NCBI GenBank assembly: GCA_035542115.1
Contig: DATKMC010000028.1
Span: 2,251-66,250 of the forward strand
Source of the DNA: Methanomicrobiales archaeon
GTDB taxonomy: Archaea > Halobacteriota > Methanomicrobia > Methanomicrobiales > JACTUA01
DNA: 64,000 bases
Direction of reading: 5' to 3'
The notes under the pieces are model-generated. The model did not search any database, was not told the origin of the DNA, and was given only the letters and a program-made list of their open reading frames with translations. The position numbers and the translations under genes are program-made. Shown here piece after piece: positions 18,533-26,930 of this stretch. The first letter of the stretch is position 1, and each line of letters starts with the position of its first letter.

Positions 18533-19950
18533 AGGGCAGGAGGATCATCCTCACCGGTTTCCGTGGAACCGGGAAGACCAGCTCCGGGAAGCTCCTTGCG
18601 GAGATGCTGGGCATGCCCTTCCTCGATACCGACCGGGTCATCGAGGAACGGGCAGGGAAACGGATCCCCGCCATCTTCCGGGAGCGGGGCGAACCGGCCT
18701 TCAGGGAGCTGGAGCGGGAGGCCATCGCCTCCCTGCCCGCCGAGAACGTCGTGGTGGGCACGGGGGGCGGGGCGGTGCTCGATCCGGTGAACGTCGAGAG
18801 GCTTAAGAGGGGCTCGGTGGTCTTCCTCCTCCAGGCGGGGGAGGGGACCATCGTCCGGCGCATCGGGGGGAGTGATCGCCCCTCCCTCACCGGGAAACCC
18901 CCTGCCGAGGAGGTCGGGGAGCTTCTCCGGGAGCGCCAGCCGGCGTACCTCCGGGCGGCCGACTTCTGCATCGATGCCGGCGGGGATTCGGCGGGAGGGG
19001 TCGCGGAGGAGATGGCCCGGATCCTGAGAGAAGGCCCATCATCCCGTCTTTCCCGCGACGCGGGGATGCAGTTCATCGGGAAGCTCCTCCTCCCTCCGGG
19101 AAACCATGATGCCCTGTCGGCCATGTGGAACGGCGCGGGTGGTCGCCCGGCCGGCAGTCGCACCTGCGGGTGCTCCCCCCCTGCGGGGCTCTGCGCCATC
19201 GCGGGGTACCCATGCTCGCACAGCAAAAGCCCGGCGCTCTGGAATGGCCTCTTCAACCGGTACGGCCTCCCATACCTCTATACCTCCCTCGAGTGGCCTG
19301 ACATCGCCGGGATCATGCAGGCGGTGCGCAACCTCGGTATCCGGGGGCTCTCGGTCACCATCCCCTTCAAGGAGACGGTCATTGCTCACCTGGACGGGAT
19401 CGACCCCGACGCCCGGGCCATCGGGGCGGTGAACACGGTAGTCCAGTGCGGCGGGGTCCTCCGGGGGTACAACACCGACTGGCTCGGGATCCGGGAACCC
19501 CTCCGGGACCTCAGGGGCGCCCGGGCGGCCGTCCTCGGGGCAGGAGGGGCCGCCGCCGCGGCCGTGTATGCCCTCCTATCCCTCGACATGGAGGTCACCG
19601 TCCTGAACAGGACGCCGGAGAAGGCTGAACGTCTCGCGGGCCGGTTCGGGTGCCGCGCGGGCCCCCTCTCCTCCATCCGGAACCTCCGGCCCGACGTGGT
19701 GGTGAACGCGACACCCGTCGGGATGCACCCGGACCGGTCCTCGCTCCTCTCCGGGGCGGATCTGGTGAAGGGGATGACGGTCTTTGACCTCGTGTACACC
19801 CCGCCCGAGACCCCGCTCCTCGCCCTGGCCCGAAGTGCGGGGTGCCGGGTCGTCCCGGGGACCGAGATGTTCATCCACCAGGCCCGCGAACAGTTCTTCC
19901 ATGTCACGGGCATCCGGGTTCCCGAACCCGTCCTCAGGGAGCTGGTGTAG
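18529..19950 (+). CDS. aroK-aroE: Fusion ORF: P-loop (AroK-type) shikimate kinase + shikimate dehydrogenase (AroE)
   Basis: N-terminal GFRGTGKTSSGKLLAEMLGMPFLDTDRVIE (Walker A, AroK-like). C-terminal SHSKSPALWN, SVTIPFK, NTD, GAGGAA and NATPVGM (AroE). No stop between the halves. GTGA overlap with aroA. Confidence 0.8.
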   Translation: MKGRRIILTGFRGTGKTSSGKLLAEMLGMPFLDTDRVIEERAGKRIPAIFRERGEPAFRELEREAIASLPAENVVVGTGGGAVLDPVNVERLKRGSVVFLLQAGEGTIVRRIGGSDRPSLTGKPPAEEVGELLRERQPAYLRAADFCIDAGGDSAGGVAEEMARILREGPSSRLSRDAGMQFIGKLLLPPGNHDALSAMWNGAGGRPAGSRTCGCSPPAGLCAIAGYPCSHSKSPALWNGLFNRYGLPYLYTSLEWPDIAGIMQAVRNLGIRGLSVTIPFKETVIAHLDGIDPDARAIGAVNTVVQCGGVLRGYNTDWLGIREPLRDLRGARAAVLGAGGAAAAAVYALLSLDMEVTVLNRTPEKAERLAGRFGCRAGPLSSIRNLRPDVVVNATPVGMHPDRSSLLSGADLVKGMTVFDLVYTPPETPLLALARSAGCRVVPGTEMFIHQAREQFFHVTGIRVPEPVLRELV

Positions 19951-20970
19951 GTGAACAGCTTCGGCCGCAGCTTCCGGATCACCACCTTCGGCGAGAGCCA
20001 CGGGAAGGCCCTCGGGGTCGTCATCGACGGGTGCCCGCCGGGCCTCCCCCTCGACGGGGGGGATATCCAGCCCTTCCTTGACCGGCGGCGGCCGGGGAAG
20101 GGGCCCCTCGAGTCGCCCCGGAAGGAGCCTGACCATGTGGAGATCCTCTCCGGCCTCTTCCGGGGGAAGACCACCGGGGCCCCCATCACCCTCGTCGTAG
20201 CGAACCAGGACGTCCGGGAGGAGGACTATGACTCCCTCGAGGGGATCTTCCGGCCTGGCCATGCCGACTTCACGTACCAGCAAAAGTACGGGATCCGGGA
20301 CCACCGGGGAGGGGGCAGGTCCTCGGGGAGGGAGACGGTGGCGAGGGTCGCGGCGGGGGCGGTGGCGGCGAAGGTCCTCGGCGGGAAGGGCATCAAGATC
20401 ACGAGCCGGATCCTTGAGATCCATGGGAAGCGCGACCTTGAGGCCATGGAGCGGGAGATCGAGCGGGCCAGGAACGAGGGGGACTCCGTGGGCGGGATCG
20501 CGGAGGTCCTCGTCGCCGGCTGCCCGCCCGGGCTCGGCGACCCGGTCTTCTCGAAGCTCGATGCCCTCCTCGCCCACGCCCTTATGGGGATCGGGGCGGT
20601 GAAGGGCGTGGAGATCGGGGAGGGCTTTGCAGCCGCCCGGATGAAGGGGAGCAAACACAACGATGCCATGACGAGGGAGGGGTTCGCGACAAACCATGCC
20701 GGCGGGATCCTGGGCGGGATCAGCACCGGCCAGGAGATCGTCGCCCGCATCGCGGTGAAGCCGACCCCCTCCATCGCAAAGACCCAGCGGACTGTGAACC
20801 GCGGGGGGGAGGAGGTCTCCATCTCCATCCGCGGCAGGCACGACCCCTGTATCGTCCCCCGTATCCTCCCCGTCGCGGAGGCCATGGTCGCCCTCGTCAT
20901 CCTCGATGCGTACCTCGAGCAGGCGAAGTACCGGGACCTGACCGGGAAAGGCCCGGCCCCTGAGGCCTGA
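19951..20970 (+). CDS. aroC: Chorismate synthase
   Basis: [20 protein letters not shown] and RHDPC motifs. GTG start directly after the aroK-aroE stop. Confidence 0.9.
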   Translation: MNSFGRSFRITTFGESHGKALGVVIDGCPPGLPLDGGDIQPFLDRRRPGKGPLESPRKEPDHVEILSGLFRGKTTGAPITLVVANQDVREEDYDSLEGIFRPGHADFTYQQKYGIRDHRGGGRSSGRETVARVAAGAVAAKVLGGKGIKITSRILEIHGKRDLEAMEREIERARNEGDSVGGIAEVLVAGCPPGLGDPVFSKLDALLAHALMGIGAVKGVEIGEGFAAARMKGSKHNDAMTREGFATNHAGGILGGISTGQEIVARIAVKPTPSIAKTQRTVNRGGEEVSISIRGRHDPCIVPRILPVAEAMVALVILDAYLEQAKYRDLTGKGPAPEA

Positions 20971-20973
20971 GGC

Positions 20974-21177
20974 ATGGAACCGGAGGGAGAGACTTATGCC
21001 CCCGAGACCTGTGCCCACTGCGAGGGTGCGGGGTGCAGCTACTGCGATAAGAAGGGAAAGGTCCTCGTCCTCCAGCCGCCGGTGAAATGCCACCACTGCG
21101 ACGGGGACGGGTGCATCTACTGCGGGTTCACCGGCTGGCGCGGGCTGAAACCCAAGTACCCTGCCTGTAAAGAATAA
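20974..21177 (+). CDS. Small (67 aa) Cys-rich zinc-finger-like protein
   Basis: Two copies of CxxCxGxGCxYC (CAHCEGAGCSYC, CHHCDGDGCIYC), resembling DnaJ-type zinc-finger units. Starts 3 nt after the aroC stop. High GC3. Confidence 0.55.
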   Translation: MEPEGETYAPETCAHCEGAGCSYCDKKGKVLVLQPPVKCHHCDGDGCIYCGFTGWRGLKPKYPACKE

Positions 21178-21188
21178 TCGTTGTTTAA

Positions 21189-21350
21189 GGATCCTGGGGG
21201 TATTCCCCTTAGCAGAGGGCCTGCACGGAGTGATCAAAGCATTGGGGGGATCCTGCACCTGTTCCCTTCAGCGGGAAGGCCTGCCAGGGGGAGAGGGGGC
21301 CTTCAGCGATCCGGACCGGTCTTCCCCTCCGGCATAAGGCATGCCCGGGG
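21189..21350. repeat. Degenerate tandem GC-rich repeat (about 55-59-nt units)
   Basis: GGATCCTG recurs at 21189 and 21248. Units share TTCCCCTTAGCAGAGGGCCTGCACGG / TTCCCTTCAGCGGGAAGGCCTGCCAGG / CTTCCCCTCCGGCATAAGGCATGCCCGGGG. A 12-nt palindrome GGGCATATGCCC follows at about 21368. Confidence 0.5.
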
Positions 21351-21468
21351 TGATGGGTGGCGTGCAGGGGCATATGCCCGGGGGCCCACCGTCGTGGAGA
21401 GCCTCCCGTTCATTTTTAAGCCCGGAGGTCCCACCTGAGCTCTGATAACACCGGGAGGGAAAAGATCA

Positions 21469-22389
21469 ATGTGTCCAGGGATCCTGCCAGCTCTCAGGCG
21501 TTTCAGCCCCGTCATCGTGGTTCTCCTCGCATCCTGCGCCCTCATCCTCCCATGCCAGGCGGCCACGCCCACCCTCGTGTACAGCACCGATTTCTCCTCC
21601 GACCCCGGCTGGGTGACGAACAACCCGGTCACGAACTACTACGATGCTGAGAAAGGGATGTTCCACTATTACATGCGTTCAGGGACCGGCGCGTATGTGT
21701 ACCAACCCGTCTCCTACGGCGGGGAGGCCTTCACCCTCTCCTTCGATATCCTCCCCGAACGGACGGACTACCAGGCGAGCGTGAACTTCGGCCTCGGAGA
21801 CAGCGACCAGTTAACCGAGCAGCGCCAGACCATGTTCACCGAGTTTGACAACGGGCAGTACGGGAGGATCCTCTGGATCCGGTCCATCGACCTCCTGAAC
21901 CAGCGGCGGGAGGCCTCCTCCTACTTCCTCTCCTACGGCGGCCCGACGGTCCAGTTCACCGACGGAACCTGGTACCACGCGATCATGGACTACCGGCCGG
22001 ACAGCCGGAGCCTCAGCCTCGCGGTGTACCGGAGGAACGATTCCCAGGCCGTCTGGCATTACACCGTGGACAAGCTGTCCAGCTTCCCCACGATGAACCG
22101 GATCTACATGTCCAAGGTAGGGGAATCGGAGAACCCGAGCGCCATCGCCGAGGGCTTCATCGACAACGTTGCCTTCTCCATCTCCTTCCCGCCTGAAACC
22201 CCTCAGCCGGGGACGCCGGGGGCACCCGTGACCTCCCCCCCGGGAGTCAGTGAAGCCCCGACCCGGGTCTCCCCTCCGGAGGCTTCGCCTGAGGCGACCC
22301 GGACCCCGGTCACGGTCCTCACGGTCCTCGGGGCCCTTTTCCTCGCGGCCTTCTGCACGGTGGCCGTGCGGGGCCGGCGGAAGCCCTGA
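21469..22389 (+). CDS. Secreted protein with Pro/Thr/Ser-rich stalk and C-terminal transmembrane anchor (function unknown)
   Basis: Signal peptide (VIVVLLASCALILPCQA). About 220-aa globular beta-rich region. PETPQPGTPGAPVTSPP stalk. C-terminal helix VLTVLGALFLAAFCTVAV with RGRRKP tail. Confidence 0.6.
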   Translation: MCPGILPALRRFSPVIVVLLASCALILPCQAATPTLVYSTDFSSDPGWVTNNPVTNYYDAEKGMFHYYMRSGTGAYVYQPVSYGGEAFTLSFDILPERTDYQASVNFGLGDSDQLTEQRQTMFTEFDNGQYGRILWIRSIDLLNQRREASSYFLSYGGPTVQFTDGTWYHAIMDYRPDSRSLSLAVYRRNDSQAVWHYTVDKLSSFPTMNRIYMSKVGESENPSAIAEGFIDNVAFSISFPPETPQPGTPGAPVTSPPGVSEAPTRVSPPEASPEATRTPVTVLTVLGALFLAAFCTVAVRGRRKP

Positions 22390-22415
22390 CTGCCCCCGCA
22401 CCCCCCGATCTCTTT

Positions 22416-23054
22416 TCAGAGCCCGAGGAGGGCCTGGATCTTCCGGAACTCCTCAAGGGAGAACTGGCCGGGGGCTCCCCGGGTCCCGGCATGGGCATAG
22501 ACCAGCTCAGACCCGAAGAAGGGGAGGATGGCCCGGGCGAACCGGTACTCCTCCCCGAGGACCCCCGTGCAGAGGGGCCTCACGGCGCCGAGGGTGAACC
22601 TGAAGAGCCCGATGAGGTCGCCCTCGTTCCCCGGGTGGACGACGATCTTCGGGATGTCACCGTAGTTCCTGAGCTCCCGTTCGATCCGGCCGAGTTCATC
22701 GGGGGAGGGCATGCGGTCCGCATGGTGGGACGCGATGATCCCCTTTCCCTGCCCGCGTATCCGGGGGCTGAAGGAGGAAAAGGCCAGCTCCACGTCCACG
22801 AGATCCCCGTACCCGAGGATGGGCTCCAGGGTTCTCCACCATTCCCCGGGTCCCCCGGCGAACCGCCCGCCCTCGGCGGCACTCCGTATCGTGAGGATGA
22901 TAGGCCCCCGGAAGGCCGCCCGGATGGACGGGAGCTCCCCGGCCGGGTCGGCATCCATGAGATCGATCCTGGCCTCGAGGAGATCGGGTGAAAAGGGAGC
23001 GGCCCGCGCGGCCTCCCGGGCGCTCACGACCGTTCCCACGACCCGCATGCTCAC
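22416..23054 (-). CDS. aroD: Type I 3-dehydroquinate dehydratase
   Basis: 212 aa with AroD-like layout (LLEARIDL, ILTIRSAAEGG, DVEL, IASHH, PKIV). GTG 23054 or ATG 23048 is preceded by GAGGAGGGAGAGG. Confidence 0.8.
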   Translation of the reverse strand: MSMRVVGTVVSAREAARAAPFSPDLLEARIDLMDADPAGELPSIRAAFRGPIILTIRSAAEGGRFAGGPGEWWRTLEPILGYGDLVDVELAFSSFSPRIRGQGKGIIASHHADRMPSPDELGRIERELRNYGDIPKIVVHPGNEGDLIGLFRFTLGAVRPLCTGVLGEEYRFARAILPFFGSELVYAHAGTRGAPGQFSLEEFRKIQALLGL

Positions 23055-23109
23055 CTCTCCCTCCTCAGGAGATCCGGGGAGGGCACGCGATAAAGCCTTG
23101 CCGGCGGCA

Positions 23110-25749
23110 TTACCACTCCTCCTCCCCGAGCCCCCTCAGGAAGGCCCCGCGGGTGATGCCCCCCATCGCCCGCTTCCTGCACTCCTCCCTGAGCTCCGCA
23201 AGCCTGTGGGCGACTCCATCGCCTCCCCCCTCCATGACGGAGAGGGCTTCGTGGTAGAGGGCGGCAATCTCCCGCGCATACCGGGGCCCCCGGCCCCGTG
23301 CATCGACGAGGAAGTGGCTGATCCCGAGGGAGGCGAGGGCAGGGAGCTGGTCGATGAGGCAGGTTTCCACGCTGTTCGAGACCCGGGTCCTCCCGCAGAT
23401 GTCCGTCCCGACAGGGAAGGTGCGGGCGGTCCCGTCCCGGATCCCGAGGAACTCCCTGCCCCGGTGCCCCCCTCTCCTCCCCGGGAGGAGGGAGGGGAGC
23501 CGGTCCTCGCTCACCATGACCTCGAGGTTCCCCTCCACGAGGAAACCGAGGGCCGGGGAATCCCCGGAGAACCATGCGCGCGGAACAAGGCCCCGGAGAT
23601 CCCCGAGGGAAAGCTCGGGTGAAAGGGTGATGGACCGGAACAGGGTCGAGAGGACCCGGACCGCCCGTACATTCCAGGCGTTCACCCCCGGTCCACCATG
23701 GACCTCTATCCCGGGGAATGCTGCCCGGGCCGCGAGGGCGGCCCCCGGCCCCTCCACCAGGATCCCGGAGATGCCGGCCATGACGCCGTCCCGGAGGATC
23801 CCGGCCATCCCCCCCATCCAGGAATCCCCCGTCACCCGCGGCCATTTCCAGAGGAGGGTCCGGCCTGTACCGGCGGCCAAGCCGGCAGCTTCCCGGAGGA
23901 CCCTGCCTGCCTCCTTCACGGGATCCGGACCTCCGCCGTTTCCTGTCGATGGCCTCTTGCCGGGCGCAGGTTCGAGGGCGATCCAGCCCGACCCCTCCTT
24001 CGCGATCCCTGCCACCCCTCCGGGGGTGTCGGTGAGGATGATAAGCTCCGGCGATCTCTTCACGGGAGCGGACACGGGGCCCCCTCCATGGAGAGCCCTC
24101 TCAAGCCTCTCCCGCGCCCGGCTCACCTCCCCGGGTTCCAGCCTCCCCGATGTCGCGAGGAACCGCTCCACATCGGCGAGGAGGTCCCGGCGCAGCCCAC
24201 CGATGTCGCCCTTCCGGGCATACAAACCATGGGGCCACTCCACCTTCACCCTCACGGTGGTGAAGGGCGCATCCCCGCGCCTGGCGAGGATTTCCTCCAC
24301 CTCGGTCGCCGTGAGCTCCCGGGCATGGGCGGGCTCCACGGTGAAATTCCCCTCCCGGGTTATGGAGGTGACGGGCATCCCGTTCCTGGACACGGAACCC
24401 CCGAGCACCGGTTTTCCTGCTTCGGTGACCCGGAGGTCAAGATCGACCTGCACCCGTGGCCACCTGGGAATGGCTGAGCCAGGAGTGTAGCACTTCCCCG
24501 ACGCCGCGGGCCGGGCTCTCCTGGTGATAAAGACCCGGGAACCCTCCCGAATCCCCGGCCGGTCACCCAGTTCCCCCTGCAGCCAGAGGATCCCCGCGTC
24601 GATCGCCGGCGCACGGCGGACGACCATCCCGGTTTCCTCCTCCTCTTTCCCCGGCACCCTGAAGACAATCCCGTCTCCCTTTTCCGGAACCGTCGTACCC
24701 GTGAGCCGCACCCCGATGAACCCGGACGCCTTATCGAGGATCTCCACGGTCCCCGCGAGGATCCCCCTTTGATCCGGGGCATCCCGGCCCATGATCCGGT
24801 CCGGCCCCTCGCAGAGGCACCCGCCGGTGAACCCCCGGCCGAAGGCGAGGGCGAGGGCCTCCTCGTCGGCAGGGGACGGGGCCCAGGCCCCGGCGGCGAT
24901 GGCATCGAGGGCCCGCCGGTAGATCCCGGTCACCGTCGCCACGTAGCCGGGGGACCGCATCCTCCCCTCTATCTTCAGGGCGGTCACGGGGGCCCGGACC
25001 ACACGGTCGAGGTACGGGTAGAGGGCGAGGTCCTTTGTGGAGAGGAGGTACCGGTCCTCGAGGGGGACCGGGGCCGGCCTGCGGGGGCGGCCGTACTCGT
25101 CCGCGTTCCCCCGGACGAGGGTATAGGGCTTCCGGCACGGCTGCGCACACCTGCCCCGGTTCCCGCTCCTCCCCCCGATGACCGAGGAGAGGAGACACTG
25201 CCCTGAGTACGAGTAGCAGAGTGCCCCGTGGACGAAGACCTCGAGGCCCAGCCCGAGACGCCGGGCGGCCTCCCCCATGACCCCCACCTCCCCGAGGGAG
25301 AGTTCCCGGGCGAGGACGACCCGGGAGAGGCCGAGGGAGGCGGCCCACTCCAGGCCGGCGGTGTTGTGGATGGTCATCTGGGTCGAGGCATGGAGGGGGA
25401 GTGAGGGGACCAGCTCCCGGGCGAGGGTGGCGAGGCCCGGGTCCTGGACGAGGACGGCGTCCACCGCGGCCTCCGCGAGGAAGAGGAGGTACTCTGCCGC
25501 CTCCGGGATCTCCCGGTCGTGGAGGAGGGTGTTCACCGCCACATAGACCCGGACGCCCCTCCCGTGGGCGAGCTCAATGGCCTTCCCGAGCTCCCGATCG
25601 TCAAAGTTCCCGGCGTACTGCCGGGCCGAGAACCGTTTCCCCCCGAGGTACACCGCGTCAGCTCCACAGGAGACGGCGGCCCTGAGGGCCTCCAGGGAGC
25701 CTGCCGGTGCGAGGAGCTCCGGGAGGGCAGTGGACGGGGGTTCAGGCAC
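23110..25749 (-). CDS. Large U32-family protein (so-called collagenase-like peptidase) with ~500-aa C-terminal extension
   Basis: N-terminal LLAPAGSLEAL...GADAVYLGG and the U32 signature EVFVHGALCYSYSGQCLLS followed by GNRGRCAQPCR. 879 aa. The stop is 55 nt upstream of the aroD start. Confidence 0.85.
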   Translation of the reverse strand: MPEPPSTALPELLAPAGSLEALRAAVSCGADAVYLGGKRFSARQYAGNFDDRELGKAIELAHGRGVRVYVAVNTLLHDREIPEAAEYLLFLAEAAVDAVLVQDPGLATLARELVPSLPLHASTQMTIHNTAGLEWAASLGLSRVVLARELSLGEVGVMGEAARRLGLGLEVFVHGALCYSYSGQCLLSSVIGGRSGNRGRCAQPCRKPYTLVRGNADEYGRPRRPAPVPLEDRYLLSTKDLALYPYLDRVVRAPVTALKIEGRMRSPGYVATVTGIYRRALDAIAAGAWAPSPADEEALALAFGRGFTGGCLCEGPDRIMGRDAPDQRGILAGTVEILDKASGFIGVRLTGTTVPEKGDGIVFRVPGKEEEETGMVVRRAPAIDAGILWLQGELGDRPGIREGSRVFITRRARPAASGKCYTPGSAIPRWPRVQVDLDLRVTEAGKPVLGGSVSRNGMPVTSITREGNFTVEPAHARELTATEVEEILARRGDAPFTTVRVKVEWPHGLYARKGDIGGLRRDLLADVERFLATSGRLEPGEVSRARERLERALHGGGPVSAPVKRSPELIILTDTPGGVAGIAKEGSGWIALEPAPGKRPSTGNGGGPDPVKEAGRVLREAAGLAAGTGRTLLWKWPRVTGDSWMGGMAGILRDGVMAGISGILVEGPGAALAARAAFPGIEVHGGPGVNAWNVRAVRVLSTLFRSITLSPELSLGDLRGLVPRAWFSGDSPALGFLVEGNLEVMVSEDRLPSLLPGRRGGHRGREFLGIRDGTARTFPVGTDICGRTRVSNSVETCLIDQLPALASLGISHFLVDARGRGPRYAREIAALYHEALSVMEGGGDGVAHRLAELREECRKRAMGGITRGAFLRGLGEEEW

Positions 25750-25863
25750 GTCTGTTCCCTAACAGGTACCCTCCTCCTGCGTTCATCTCCCTTGCGATGG
25801 TCGGCCCGGGTCGGGAATCCCCTGGTTTATCTCCCTCCCCGCCCCACGGAGAGGGAGGAAAGG

Positions 25864-26823
25864 ATGAGGCTCATCTTCGAGCTCTCAGGCGAGCACCCGA
25901 CCCTCCCGGCCGCGGAGCTGGAATGCGTGGGAAAGGTCCTCGAGGCGCGGCCCCAGGTGGCGGTGGCGGAGTGCCCGGCGCCTGCGGCGGCCGCGCGCCT
26001 CGCCCTCACCCATGTCGTCCTTGAGTACCTCGGTTGCACCGGTGCCTCGGCGCAGGAACTCTCCTCCCTCCTCGGCGACCTCGCCCTCTCGTCGGACCTG
26101 CCCTACGCCGCCCGGGTGAAGAAGGTCGCCGGATCGGCCGTGAGGGACCCGGTCCCGGCCCTCGAGAGGCTCATGGGGACCCTCATCGACGGCCCGGTCT
26201 CCCTCGACCGGCCGGAAGCGGAGTTCCGGGCCATCCTCTCGGGCGACCGGATCTACCTCGGTCGGGTGCTCCTCCGGATTGACCGGGGGAGGTATGACCT
26301 GAGGCGGCCCTCGACCCGGCCCTTCTTCCACCCCGGCGTGATGCTCCCCCTGACGGCCCGGGCGGTGGTGAACCTCTCCCTTGTCTGCCCGGGCGAGACC
26401 CTGAACGACCCTTTCTGCGGGACGGGCGGGATCCTCGGGGAGGCGGGGCTCGTCGGGGCCTCCCCCGTCGGGAGCGATGCCGACCCCGCCATGGCCGCCG
26501 GATGCAGGCTGAACTTCCCGGGGATACCCCTCCTCCTCGCCGATGCGAGCGCCCTCCCCCTCCGGTCCTGTTCCGTCGATGCCGTGGTGACCGATCTCCC
26601 GTACGGCCAGTCCTCCTGGATCCGGAACCGGAGCCTCGACGCGCTCTATCCCCGGGCCCTCGGGGAGATCCACCGGGTCCTCCGGCCAGGGCGGAGGGCC
26701 GTCGTTGTCGCCCACCGGGAGATCGCGGAAATCGCCTCGGCCTCCTTCACCGTGCTCCAGGTCCACAGGCAGCGGATCCACAAGTCCCTCACGAGGCGGA
26801 TCACGGTCCTCCTCAAGGAGTGA
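25864..26823 (+). CDS. THUMP-domain tRNA (guanine10-N2)-methyltransferase (Trm-G10/Trm11 family)
   Basis: N-terminal THUMP-like region, SAM motif DPFCGTGGIL and catalytic DLPYG. ATG 25864 is preceded by GAGGGAGGAAAGG. Confidence 0.8.
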   Translation: MRLIFELSGEHPTLPAAELECVGKVLEARPQVAVAECPAPAAAARLALTHVVLEYLGCTGASAQELSSLLGDLALSSDLPYAARVKKVAGSAVRDPVPALERLMGTLIDGPVSLDRPEAEFRAILSGDRIYLGRVLLRIDRGRYDLRRPSTRPFFHPGVMLPLTARAVVNLSLVCPGETLNDPFCGTGGILGEAGLVGASPVGSDADPAMAAGCRLNFPGIPLLLADASALPLRSCSVDAVVTDLPYGQSSWIRNRSLDALYPRALGEIHRVLRPGRRAVVVAHREIAEIASASFTVLQVHRQRIHKSLTRRITVLLKE

Positions 26824-26930
26824 GCACCCCGGAGCAGGCAAGGGGACCGGGCGGATCCGGGGAACGGGTGAGGAAATCCGCTGGCTATAAGAGGGAACCG
26901 GGGGATACTTCTATCCACGGGTGAGGCCCG

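Noticed and set aside
21265-21276. Exact 12-mer CCTTCAGCGGGA shared between 21265 and 38849, considered as evidence of a dispersed element.
   Set aside because: By my rough estimate, on the order of a hundred identical 12-mer pairs are expected by chance in 64 kb, and more at this GC bias. The flanks align only weakly. It is mentioned in the findings but not counted as an independent repeat.
21189-21420. CRISPR-like array.
   Set aside because: The repeat units are degenerate (about 75% identity) and there is no constant repeat length or unique spacers. There are only 3-4 units and no cas genes in the window.
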